From Macrostomum lignano (taxonomy: Eukaryota): a stretch of DNA of 64,000 nt. This document shows positions 1-12,317 of the stretch, one piece after another; position 1 is the first letter of the stretch, and each line of letters opens with the position of its first letter. Both the position numbers and the translations under genes were made by a program. Under the pieces are notes generated by a model. The model saw nothing but the letters and a program-made list of their open reading frames with translations, was not told where the DNA came from and ran no database searches. The stretch is from assembly GCA_002269645.1 (NCBI GenBank), contig NIVC01002462.1:62001-126000 (forward strand). The letters run 5' to 3'.

Positions 1-1363
1 AACAGTGATCACACAGAATTAAGCAAAAGCCAGTCGTGCGTTATTTTCGTGGAGTGACAATTTTGACGCACTTTATTCAGAGTTGTTAGAGTAAATCGAA
101 TTCGAATTTGCGTTAAAAAGAATGACATTGTAAAGAACTTTTACCCAGACACAATGGCAAGTCAAAACGGCCATTATTGCATGCATGCACCATTCAGCGA
201 CTCCACCACAGATTTTTCCAATTGATAAGAGTAGGCATACTGCTATGATTCTATTAAACTAATTAAAAATGACCAAGTTATAGGCCTGCCTATTATCTTA
301 TCAGATTGCCAATTCAACTGCCCCGCGCCACGCGTATACGTAATCAATGTACGAGCATACATCACACTCTCTCCAATCAGTTCACCCACCCCATCTCTCG
401 TCCAATCAAATCAAACTTAAAAGTGCGTCAAATTGTCTAAAAATTCTATACAATCTACCATTGTTTAACATCATTTAGTGCACAGTTAAAATCTTCCCAA
501 TCTGTTTATTTATTACATGTATAGGTGTTTAAAGTGGGTTGTTCAACAATGTCCATTTTTATGTAACAAATTTAAATTAAATTTTATTTACCAAGCGAAT
601 CAGTGAGGAAACTACCTGGGGAGCAATAGCAGTTTTCCCGATATCGAATTCAACACATTTAATTGGCACACAATAAGTGGTTTATTAACAGTGTTAATTA
701 GTATATGATTAATATTTAATAGATGTACTGACGAGTGAGCATAGGCAACTTAAGAAGGCTGACACTGTGCACTGCCAGATTGCAGAATTGCAGATATCTT
801 CATTTGTCAAATTTTGTTAAGTTCTGCATAAGAATGAATTGACAGAGGAGTTTGCCAGTGCACAGTGACTGACCACAATTCGATTTTAGCTGCCAAGTTG
901 GAGGTGGAGTGAGTTTTCATGCACTTTGATTAAAGTGAAACAACCGCAAATGTAAATATTACAATGCATATACATGTACTTTGCGTTAGCGCAGACCTGC
1001 CATCTTACCCTCCGCGTTTGCTGGTCCACCGACGACTTCGAACGGTTTTGCTGCTGTTTTGGTTTATCAATAGCAATTATTGTTATTAATAAATCCGTTT
1101 CTGTTTTGTTTAAAACGAGTTACTGAAACTAACTACGGATTTTTAAGCGCAAACTGCGAGTCGCGGTACCAAAACCAGCTATAGTTAGTGGCTGCGCATA
1201 TGAGGCATACTATACTGATTTATTATAACTACTAAAACATTACGCCGCCATTAGACTAAGAGACAGTTAACTAGAAAAACGGAGAATGAACATATGAGAA
1301 CTTAATTTTGGCTGGAAAGGCTGTCATACTTCTTGAGAAGTAAAAATCAAGGAAATTCTGAAA

Positions 1364-2597
1364 CCAATGAAACTGACAGATTCCTTATTGAAACTGACAG
1401 AATCTCCAATGAAACTGACAGAATCTCCAATGAAACTGACAGATTCCTTATTGAAACTGACAGAATCTCCAATGAAACTGACATAATCTCTAATGAAACT
1501 GACAGAATCTCTAATGAAACTGACAGAATCTCTAATGAAACTGACAGAATCTCCAATGAAACTGAAAGAATCTCCAATGAAACTGAAAGAATCTCAAATG
1601 AAACTGAAAGAATCTCCAATGAAACTGACAGAATCTCTAATGAAACTGACAGAATCTCTAATGAAACTGACTGAATCTCCAATGAAACTGACAGAATCTC
1701 AAATGAAACTGAAAGAATCTCCAATGAAACTGACAGAATCTCTAATGAAACTGACAGAATCTCTAATGAAACTGACTGAATCTCCAATGAAACTGACAGA
1801 ATCTCTAATGAAACTGACAGAATCTTCAATGAAACTGACAGAATCTCCAATGAAACTGACAGCATGTGCAATTAAACTGACAGAATCTCTAATGAAACTG
1901 AAAGAATCTCCAATGAAACTGACAGAATCTCCAATGAAACTGACAGAATCTCCAATGAAACTGACAGAATCTCTAATGAAACTGACAGAATCTCTAATGA
2001 AACTGACAGAATCTCCAATGAAACTGACAGAATCTCCAATGAAACTGACAGAATCTCAAATGAAACTGACAGAATCTCCAATGAAACTGACTGAATCTCC
2101 AATGAAACTGACAGAATCTCCAATGAAACTGACAGAATCTCCAATGAAACTGACTGAATCTCCAATGAAACTGACAGAATCTCCAATGAAACTGACTGAA
2201 TCTCCAATGAAACTGACAGAATCTCCAATGAAACTGAAAGAATCTCCAATGAAACTGACTGAATCTCTAATGAAACTGACTGAATCTCCAATGAAACTGA
2301 CAGAATCTCTAATGAAACTGACAGAATCTCTAATGAAACTGACAGAATCTCCAATGAAACTGACAGAATCTCCAATGAAACTGACAGAATCTCAAATGAA
2401 ACTGAAAGAATCTCCAATGAAACTGACAGAATCTCCAATGAAACTGACAGAATCTCCAATGAAACTGACAGCATGTGCAATTAAACTGACAGAATCTCCA
2501 ATGAAACTGACTGAATCTCCAATGAAACTGACAGAATCTCCAATGAAACTGACAGAATCTCCAATGAAACTGACAGTATGTCCAATTAAACTGACAC
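1364..2597. repeat. 21-bp minisatellite (AATGAAACTGACAGAATCTCC)n, downstream of the last identified CCDC74-like exon (probably intronic)
   Basis: Direct tandem periodicity; accounts for the repetitive ORFs MKLTES/SVSLEIL. Confidence 0.97.
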
Positions 2598-2746
2598 TCA
2601 ATGTTAAACTACCATTACATGTAATTACTAGACTATCACTACTATTTATCAATTGGTAAATAAAGACTGTCGCAAAATGCTTACATTAAAGAATTTACTA
2701 GCAAACTTTAGCGTTGGCTTGAAATGTACTGATTGACTTTGCTTAC

Positions 2747-3614
2747 TTCTCTTTCTGCAGCTGCTCGGTCTGCTGCTCCAGCAGCAGCTGCAGAGCCTGG
2801 CGCTGGCGTTTCTCATCAGCCAGCTGCTTCTGCAGCAGCTGCAGCTGCTCTCGAAGATGCCCGCCGTCAGAACTGTCAAGTTGAACAGCGGCGCTGACTG
2901 CAGCATCGGCGTCGGCGGAGTCGCCGGCATCCTTGCTGACGTCAGCCGGATGGTGACGCACAGATGGACTCTCCAGCCGCCTTGAAGAGGCGGACGTTGG
3001 AGCCGCAACCGCGGCAGCTCCGCTGTTTCGGCCGGTCATGACGACACGGTATTGCAAATCTATGGAAATCATTGAAGTTTTGAGTAGTCATGATAATATT
3101 GAGGTGTTTAAATATTCTTCAAGTTTGATGTCAATAAATTGCAACTTTGTTTAGAAAGAACCCAGCGGTAAGCGTGTCAAAGTACCCCAGCAACTGCTTG
3201 CCTTGTTTCTGTCTGCAGGGGTTCTGTCTGCGGGGTTCACTGCCGCCTGTAGTTTGAGCTCATCTCAAAGCTTAAAAAATCTCAAAGTCCCTTACCTTTG
3301 TTCTCTAGGCGCAGTCGTTCAATTTCAGCCTGCAACGAGGCCAGCATTTCTTCGTGCTGAATTCGCAGAAAGTTGAGGTTTTTCTCCAGGTAGACAGCTC
3401 GCCGACTCGCCAAGTCGCCTGCACCTTCATCGACGTTGGCCTCGCCATCCGGCGCCTGCGCCTGGTGGCTACTGTCGATTGGCGGCAGCACTGGCGTTTT
3501 GGGCGCGCCAATCCGGCTGTTTGGCGCCTGGAGGCTGAAGGTCTCCAAGTGGGCCACGCGGCTCCATTGGGGCAGGTGGAGACCGGCGGTGCGGCTGGAG
3601 AACGGGTCTTCCAT
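2747..3614 (-). CDS. CCDC74/CCDC92-family coiled-coil protein, 5' two exons (partial; continues toward the window start)
   Basis: Exon 1 3614-3296 (ATG at 3614, donor GTAAG) and exon 2 3059-2747 (acceptor ATAG, donor GTAAG). Splicing gives [40 protein letters not shown], which matches the CCDC74/92 motif LEKxLxFLxxxHxExLxxLxxEIExLxxENKDLxY as I recall it. Confidence 0.75.
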
Positions 3615-5687
3615 GCGATGCAATGGAGAGCCACTTTTTGGGCAGGAATGTCGGACATTAGTAGTGGTTAAAAAAAGTAAAAAAACTTTAACATTCCCAT
3701 ACTTTTTCACACCTTAAATCAAATTTTCCGCTTGGAAAAAACTATGCTCTTTTAAATAGTATTAACTTCTACTATTAATATATTATAATTGTATCCTGTT
3801 AAAAATCGGCCTTCTATAATAAGATTACCAATCTTATTTTAGAAGGCCAAAATAAGTGCAAATTGATTTCAGCTTTTCTACATAGAGAAAAAGAGTACAT
3901 TTTTCATTGAATCTATCAAAAATTTAAGTCACAAAAAGTCTACCAAGTAATGATAATTTATGACTATTATTAATTAGAATAGTATCAATTTAATAATTTA
4001 TTTTTAAAAATATAAAAGGATTGTGCTATAGTTCAATTTTCGGTGATTAAAATTTATTATCTAGAAGCATACAAATTATTGGCTTCAATAAATTCTCTAT
4101 TCAGTAGTATATGTATTTGCACTAGTGTGTGGCAGTCGCAGAGTCGATTGAAAGTGAAAATTTATCCGCTATTGGGTACCTTACGTGAGAATTTCATAGA
4201 CATTAGAAGCATAAATGCTGAAATGAAATATAATACTGTATATACTACTTTAGGATAATTAATATGCCTTAGTATAATTAAAAAGCCTATGTACTTATAT
4301 AGAGGCTATAAATTACTATAATGGATTTATCGCAATAAAGCTTTATAAATTGACAACATTTTTCCTAGTCGAAATATCCACTTTAAACAAAAATACTTTC
4401 TGCTTTCTGACATTTTTGTAAGAAAAACTTACGCTATTTATTTATTTTTTGAAATAATATTTTCTTGAGCAGTCTAAGCGTAATCAAGCTTTATAATCTT
4501 TCTGAATATATTCAATATATTTTGTTAATCTAGCCCACTTTATAAAAGCCGATGTGCAACTTTACAATAAATGCATTTTCCTATTTACCACTATTATCAA
4601 GTTGTGCAGTTGTGCAATTAATCGGATATGTATCCCGGAAATTCAGTAAAAAATAGATTTTCACAATTGATATTAAAATTGCATCGATTTTTTAAAATTA
4701 GATTTTTCGGATTTTTCGCCAATTGTAATTGGGATCCTTTCCTTGTAACTGAAATATACCGGCCTCCCATTTTCACTTGAACGTCCTGTGTAATATAGCC
4801 ACTGATATTTATGTGCTAAAATCGAGCATGAAGTGTCTGAAATCAGTAATGAAAACAAAATAATTTCGAAAACCTAATAACTCTCTTTAATTAATAATTA
4901 GCGTGTGATTAATTGTAACAATTATTGAGAAATAATATACATACATGTACATAAGGAAGTGACACAGAAATTCCTATGAAATAAAAGAGGCTTTTCATAT
5001 TTCCGATTTCAGAAATTTTCACTTTACTTCATTAATTTTCTGAATCGGTTCTAGAACTGAGTACTGGTTCAGGAAAAAATTAAATTTCAATTCGATATTT
5101 ACATGTTAAACGTACATGTAAAATTTACATGTATAACGTACATGTATAATTTACATGTATAACATGTATAACGTTTCTCGTAAATGCATTTTTTCTATTA
5201 ACAAGATGCGCTAAATAAAGAAACTATCGGGTGACAGAAGATACTTCTTCAAAAAATTATTTTTAGACAGAAAATTAATCGATAGATTTAATTGACTTTT
5301 CTACCGACAGCGGTTCTGGAATAATAAATCAATATGATTCTCCGGATTGGTTCTGGAGTAAATCTTTTTGAACTGCCCCATTAATTGTTCCAGTTATTAT
5401 AGGAAGTCTTATTTTTATCCATAATTTTGTAAATTGTAAATTTGATGTTTCATGAAAATGTAGATCCATAAAATAATAGCTCTTACCCACCCACCTGTCT
5501 TGTACAGGGACTTTGATTATATTGTTGAACTTACAATGGTTTGATCTTAATTAGCTTTGACTTAATTTGAGTTTTTACTCTTGACTGGGCAAACGGCTAC
5601 TACCTATTGAAATGGTATTGACCGTATTGTACACAAGGCAGGACCAAGCTGTAGTAGTAGACACACTGGTCCTTTCAGCCGAATTTT

Positions 5688-5696
5688 AAAAAAAAA
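5688..5696 (-). terminator. RNA polymerase III T-run terminator of tRNA-Leu
   Basis: T9 on the minus strand, 3 nt downstream of the tRNA 3' end. Confidence 0.85.
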
Positions 5697-5699
5697 TCC

Positions 5700-5779
5700 T
5701 GGCAGCGGTGGGATTCGAACCCACGCCCTTTCGGACTGGTGCCTTAAACCAGCGCCTTAGACCGCTCGGCCACGCTACC
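5700..5779 (-). tRNA. tRNA-Leu(AAG)
   Basis: Reverse complement GGTAGCGTGGCCGAGCGGTCTAAGGCGCTGGTTTAAGGCACCAGTCCGAAAGGGCGTGGGTTCGAATCCCACCGCTGCCA. Anticodon stem CTGGT/ACCAG with loop TT-AAG-GC, long variable arm, intact A and B boxes. Confidence 0.97.
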
Positions 5780-6121
5780 GCTGTTATTAGCGAAGCTCTG
5801 CTCTCGCCCATAAGTCTGTGCCAGAGTATAGGTATATAGGCCAGGACTAGTAGCGATAATATTCTCGCTGCAAATGTGTACGAGTATTTATAGCATTACC
5901 TCACAGCTCTTGCTGCTGATAAGACCAATACATGTGTCTGTACCACTGGACAGACAGCAACATTTACAATCATGTATTCTCCGTTCCTTTTAAAAATGAT
6001 AAAAGCATAAATATATTCAATAAATTTTCATGTTTCTGCTTTCGACTTATTTAAAAGCAAACCGGCAATATCTTAACGTCAACATGTGGTTACTGTAATA
6101 GTATTTAAGCAGACTCGCTGT

Positions 6122-7650
6122 TTAAAGGCGGACACCCCTGTCTTGAAGCGGACACCTCTGTGTTGAAGCGGATACCCCTGTCTTAAAGCGGACACACCCT
6201 GTCTTGAAGCGGACACCTCTGTCTTAAAGCGGACACCTCTGTCTTGAAGCGGACACCTGTGTCTTGAAGCGGACATCTCTGTTTTGGAGCGGACACCCCT
6301 GCCTTGAAGAGGACACCCCTGTCTTGAAGCGGACAACCCTATTGTTGAAGCGGACACCCCTGTCTTAAAGCGGACACCTTTGTCTTAGAGGGGATAGCGA
6401 CGTTTGCCTGCGGGACGTTTGCCAGCCGACATTTGCCAGCCGACGTTTTGCCAGCCGACGTTTGCCAGCCGACGTTTGCCAGCCGACGTTTGCCAGCCGA
6501 CATTAAGTCAGTGAGTGAAAAATTTGATACTGAAATATTCGCAGTTTAGCGGTTTAAAAAGCCGTTTTTTAGTTCAACTTTTTGACGGTTATTCGCATGT
6601 ATTAAATTTCAAACACAAAATCTATACAAATTATGCAGTTCATCAATCTAACATATAATCTAACTACAATTTCTTTGAATGTGAAAATATTATAAAGTTT
6701 ACTTCTGACAGCTTTGTATCGCTTTTCCCAGTTTGAGATGTTTGATTCTTGATTTGCGAATGAAAAAAGCAAATTTAATCGGGAATCTCCAGCGAGCCAA
6801 GTTTTGGGCAAATAAAAGACCTGCTGAACGATAATTCTGGCTTATATATTTCCCAGTTAATAGGAGATCCAAAATTAAGCGAATTAATTCCAATGCAGCT
6901 TGTCAAGTGCACGCTGTCATGGCCAAACTCCATTAAGCAGAGTTTGGCTTTTGAGTTAAGTATATATAGGCGAGACTAGGCCAATACCATTATGGATTTC
7001 TCAGCCTTTTCCCATTTAGCTTGTAAACACTTAGCTTGTTTGGCCACTGAGATGGAAAGGGCCATTCCATGGCATTCATAGACACCAACTGTGACGATGG
7101 AAACTCCTATTTTGTATTTTTACTTTTCTATTTAGGAAGACAAGAGCAATAACTTCAATAAGCCTGAACAGTATGTTTTAGTAACATGTATATTTAATAG
7201 CAGTAGTAGGGAGCGAACTGGAATTAGATTAGTGCTGTGTCCACAGTTTTTAAATGCAAGTACATTTAAGCCTAGAGAGGGCGTACTTCTTTAACCAATT
7301 GCCGCCTGCAGATGTCCGGCTGGCCAATGTCCCGCAGGCAAACGTCGGCTGGCAAACGTCGGCTGGCAAACGTCCCGCTGGCAAACGTCGGCTGGCAAAA
7401 GTCGTAGACCCGTCTTGGAGAGAGGACAACCCTGTCTTGAAGCGGACACCACTGTCTTGAAGTGGACACCTCTCTCTTGAAGCGGACAACCCTTGTGTTG
7501 AAACGGACACCCCTGTCTTGAAGCGGACGCCCCTGTCTTGGAGAGGACAACCCTTGTGTTGAAGTGGACACCCCTGTCTTGAAACGGACACCCTTGGATT
7601 GAACGGACACCTTTGGATTGAAACGGACACTCCTGTGTTGTTGGAGCGGA
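6122..7650. repeat. ~21-bp minisatellite (GAAGCGGACACCCCTGTCTT-like), split into blocks ~6122-6385 and ~7410-7650
   Basis: The same unit occurs in the same orientation on both sides of an ~1 kb insert. Confidence 0.85.
6390..7410. mobile_element. Putative foldback/MITE-like element with inverted arrays of 14-bp subterminal repeats
   Basis: (TTTGCCAGCCGACG)n at ~6398-6502 and its reverse complement (CGTCGGCTGGCAAA)n at ~7312-7404 flank an AT-rich core with no convincing coding region. No clear target-site duplication. Confidence 0.45.
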
Positions 7651-8332
7651 CACTTGCTTTGAACCCCCATTAATTGTGCAACTGTTGTTGCAATCACTAT
7701 AGTACAAGGTTGTCTCTCTTTGACTGCATGACTTGCCGTCGTCAACTGCAAAAAAACTACAAAATATAAATTAGCAATATTTCTGGCAGAAGCTTGAGTT
7801 CGCGGACATCGAAGTATCAAAAAATGATAGAATTAAAACAAAAAGGCAAGAGCACACAGTTTCAGAGGTCGACACAAACATTAGCAAATTTTTATCGAAA
7901 TTTTAATATTTTATTCTTTAGGAAAAATAAACTTCAAACGAAACAAGGCATCGGCATGCACATTTATACGTTTAGCTACTCGTTCTTGTGATAAAACCTG
8001 TGCAAAATTGACAATAGAAAAAAGGAAACAAAAGCTTGCTCGTGTCTGGTACTCAAACAGATATTTAGGTCAAATGTTTGTGATCTTTGTACACTAAATA
8101 GTCGAACGGTTGTACGCTAACACAAAACAAACAACTTGTTATTCAGAAAATTGTTCTGTATCGTATTATCACATGGATTCATTCGCGTTCTTCTTCAGAA
8201 GTGCTACTTGCGAGTAGGCAAATAAGTAGTAAATGACGGTCACTTTAAAAATAATCCCGATTATTTGAATGTTTAATTTTTTAAACCGCATTCTTTGCTT
8301 TAACTCTGCTCCGATGTAGCGGCGCTCCGACC

Positions 8333-11300
8333 TCACTGCCGACGGCTCCGGCTGGCCGTCGACGATGTCGAACTCCGTCTTGACATCGGCTGCGAGCCGG
8401 ACGGCGACTTCGGCAGCTCCGTGCCGATGTTCACCCGTCCGGGGACGGCCGCCACCGCGGCTCCGGTTGGCGTAGCCGAGCCTCGCGACGCCACCGAGGC
8501 CGCCGAGGAGCGGACGCTGGACCGGGCGCTCGAACGGGCGGACGACTCGGCCGAGGCGCTGCCGGCCATGCCGGTGCCAGTGGTGGGCAGCGGCACTCCG
8601 CTCTGCTGCATGTAGCTCTCGGCGGTGCTTGCCACCTCTTCGCCAGTCGACTGGGCGACGCGCAGCACCTCGGAAGCGACGCGGCGGTTGAATTCGCGGA
8701 GCTCGCGCAGCCCGATGTCGGCCTCGATAGGGGCGGCCACCGAGGGACCTTTGGCGCGGGCGATCGCCTTGTCGGCGCGTTCAAGTTTTGCCTGCAGCGA
8801 TGGCGGGTTGTTTCATGTCACGCGCCGTTTTGTTGTTTCAGACTGCTAAGGCCCCTTAGCACACGCGCTTAATATACTTGTGCTCTAATTTTCTAATTAG
8901 AATTTCTAGAACCAATAAAACCTTACCTGATGCTCGGACCGTTCGCGCTCCCTCTGACCAACCAGCTGTTCGAGTTGGCCCACCTGCTCCCTGTACAGAG
9001 CGTCGTCCTTGGCCAGATTCTCCAGAGCCTCCTGCATAGTCTGGAGCTCTTCTTCCATCTCGCGAATCTGCCGCCGCTTAGCCTTGTACTTGTCCGTGAC
9101 CGCCCGCATCTGCTGGTCCAGCTGCTCACGCTGGGCGGCCTCGTCGCTAGTTGGGCCGACCTTGCTGAACGTCTGTCGATAGTTCTCGTTGCAGGAGTTC
9201 ATCAGGCGCAGAGTGTTCTCCAGGGCGCGGCACTCTTTCTCAGCCTTGCGGATCTGGGCGTCGAGTTGGTCGCCGCGTCGCTGCAGCTCCTCGCGGTCCT
9301 GTGCAGCCTTGATGACGTAATAGGCCTGCGAGCGCTCCTCTTCTCCCTCAGGCGGCGCCATGGAAACCATGATAATCTCGTAGCGTTTCTGGAGCTTGTC
9401 GATCTTGGCTTCGCGCTCGTGCAACTCCGACGAAACCTGCTGACGCTCGTCGTCAGCGGATCGAATCTGCGCCTGGAGCATCTCCTTGTGAATGCCGATC
9501 TCTTCGCGGCGCTCCTTCATCGCCGTCTCGAACTGCAGCTTTCGCTTGTCCTCGGACATTACCCGGTCGGCACGGTTGTTCAGTTGGTCGCGCAGCCGCT
9601 TCACCTCCAGACGCATCAAGTTTTCGTCTACCATGACGCTCTGGCGCTCCTGCACGATTCGGCCGGCTTCTCGCGTCGAGTTATCATTGTGCAGGCTCAG
9701 CTCCTCGATCTTGGTGCTGAGATCGCCTTTCTCCTGTTTGGTCTTGTCCATGTCGCGCTTGCAGCGCCTGATCTCGTCCTGCAGCTGGCGCAGCTGTCCG
9801 CTAAGCGTAGTGGCCACCTGGACGCGCTGGTCCAAGTCGGCGTTGAGCTCCTTGATGCGGGCCTCCAGCGCCACCTTCTCGTCGCTGTTGGTCTCGCCGC
9901 TCATCCGACTGATGCGGCGCTGCAGTTGCTGGATTGAAAAATCCTGGTTGTACAGAATCTCTTGCTGCTTCAACAGGTCGTGGTCCAGTTTGGCGATCTT
10001 GGCGTTGAGGTTCCTGAGCGCGGCCCGGTTGCCCATGATGGTGGCCTCGGACATCCGCTCTTCGGTCTTGGCGTCGTGCAGCTGCTGGGCGCTGCGGAAC
10101 TGCTGCTCCCGCAGACTCTTTAATTCCTTCTCCATCTCTTTCTGACCAACCTCCTCCGACTTCATCAGCTCGTCCATGTTGGCCGCCTGCTGCTCGGCGG
10201 ACAGGCGATCGTTTTGCACCCGCTTGAGGTGGTCTTCCAGGCCGGCTCGCTCCCTGCCAGTCACCTCAAGCTTGGTCTTCTTGGCTGCCGTCTCCGACTG
10301 GAATAGAAAGGTTGAGGCAAAGATAAGGTACTGTGCTCACTGTACATGTAGGTAAGTCTATTATTATTTTCCCATGTAGTCAACAGATTTTGAAACCGAT
10401 AAAATTAACAATCAAACGCACCTTCAGATGCGTGATGTCGCTTCTGGCCAGCTCCAGGTCTTTATTAGTCCTATCGACAGTTCGTTTCAGCGAGTCCAGC
10501 TCGTTCTGAAAGTTGGCCCGCTGAACCTCGGCCTCCTGGTACTCCAGCCGGATTTTGCCGGCGTTTCTTTCCGCTACGCCGATGCGCTTCTCCATCTCTG
10601 TATTGTTGTCCTTCTCGCTGTCTAGGAAGTTCTGCTTCTCCTTGATCAGCTCCTCCTTCTCGCGGCAAACCTGCTTGGCCCTGGCCAGCTGGGCGGCCAG
10701 CAGCTCGATCTCCTTGTCGCGTGTCTCCATTCGCTTGATGGTTCCTTCCCACTGCCGGATGAGGTCCTGGCGCTCCTGGTGGGCCTGGCGAAACTGCTCA
10801 GCCGCCTTGTCGAGCTCAACCTGTGTCGTCTGCGTCTCAATCACCAGGTTGTCAAGCCGAACCTTCTTGGCGTTGCGCTCGTCCGTTAGGCGCTCCAGTT
10901 GCAGGCTGAGCTCCCGGATTTTGCCCTCGTCCTGACGCGTGTACTTTTGCAGAGCCAACGAGTCTTCAGTTTTCTTCTCGCTCTCCTCGAGCCAAGCCTC
11001 CAGAGCCTGCTGGTTCCAGTTCATCTGCGCCTTCATCTCCTCCAGCTGCGCCGTCTGCTTAAAGATGTTGTTCTCCAGCTGGTTCTTCGTGGCCTTGCTG
11101 TTGCTGATCTCCTTATCCAGTCGGCGAATTTCCTGGTTTAGGCGGCCCTCCTCGCGCTCGGACACCTTGGTGATGTGCTGCTCGGTCTCGACTTCGTGCA
11201 CCCTGGCCTGGAAAAGCGCCTGCGTCTGCATGAGCTCCTGCCGCACATTCTTGATGTGCGCCTCCAGCGCGGTGACCTTGTCGTCCACATGCTCGATCTC

Positions 11301-12317
11301 ATTGCCCGCCGATGTGCCCGCCTTGTTGAGGCTCTCGACCTGTTAGTAAACACGAAGACAACTATTATTTAGAAGCCTTTAGATTTAGTTTGTAATTAGC
11401 TAATAATGAAAGAATTAAATACTCTGATGCATGTTATACATATATGGGATATACACACATTACATTTTATTTATTACATGTATCTAAAAATTGATTTAAA
11501 GACAGCAAAAAACAAAAAAGATATGTTATCCAGATAAAGTTTGCTCTATGATTTATCTTTGCACCAAATTCTTCAAATATTTCTATTCAAATGTAGTAGA
11601 TGTTTCTAGATGTTGACATGGCTTAGATAGTTTTGGTTCATTAAGTTAAACCAAATATTTTTTTATTTTATTGCATTTTTTTCAGGACGCAGTTGTTGCA
11701 GATTCTTCATATAAAATATTTTTAAAATAGGCTTACAATCAAACCATAGCTCTGAGAGACAGTTTCCTAATCTTTTGTATTTATTTTATAGTTAAAGGAA
11801 ATGTACAGTCAGCTGAATTAGACAAGTTAAATTAGCTATACAGAATTGTAAGGTGTGTTCATTATATCTTTAGTGGCTCATCGCACTTTAAAAAAGTGCG
11901 AAATATAATTTAAAGAACTTAAAAAGTTCTGCTTAGAATTAAGTTCGAGTTTTGATATAACCAGTAAAATGTATTGCTTAATTAAAAATCTTCCAACTAT
12001 TTTTAAACTAGAAGAATGTTGTTAAGACTTGGTATCACAATTTAGCAAAAATATTTATTTTTAGAATTTTGAGCAAAAATCTCTTTTTTCCTGAGTGTGT
12101 GAGACACTTTGGCTTAAAATGTAATTTTAGAAAAAAGCAAAACAACAGTGCCATTTTTCCAAATAATTATATATGTGTACTTCAAGTTAACATAATTTCA
12201 AGGATTTACCAGGGCAATCAGACGTTTGTTGTCATCGTTTGCCACCGGAATAGCGAGTCCATCATCCCATTCCAACTCCTGAAGGATGGAATTCACGACA
12301 GAATTCCTGTCACTCAT
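8333..12317 (-). CDS. CCDC39: Coiled-coil domain-containing protein 39 (axonemal 96-nm ruler subunit), ~951 aa
   Basis: Exons 12317-12210 (MSDRNSVVNSILQELEWDDGLAIPVANDDNKRLIAL), 11339-10422, 10297-8927 and 8791-8333; all introns GT-AG, phase 0. Hallmark motifs QMNWNQQALEAWLEES, MAPPEGEEERSQAYYVIKAAQ, KAEKECRALENTL and a Ser-rich tail. Confidence 0.95.

Noticed and set aside
764-865. 12-bp inverted repeat CACTGTGCACTG/CAGTGCACAGTG
   Set aside because: Short, with no TSD and no second copy; could be chance or a decayed MITE.
1009-1053. Possible third small exon of the CCDC74-like gene (AG...GTAAG on the minus strand)
   Set aside because: Splice signals are plausible, but the phase-compatible translation has no recognisable motif, so it cannot be supported.
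1333-2659. Long repetitive ORFs (MKLTES, SVSLEIL) and the similar YLSI, SVCL, IESHLNS, THSLEQS, DLGSGIW and GSLGQGHW ORFs elsewhere
   Set aside because: They are translations of tandem repeats that are open in several frames and on both strands, and most lie in introns with valid splice sites.
8930-11372. Plus-strand ORFs overlapping CCDC39
   Set aside because: They are antisense shadows of GC-rich coding exons with no protein motifs.
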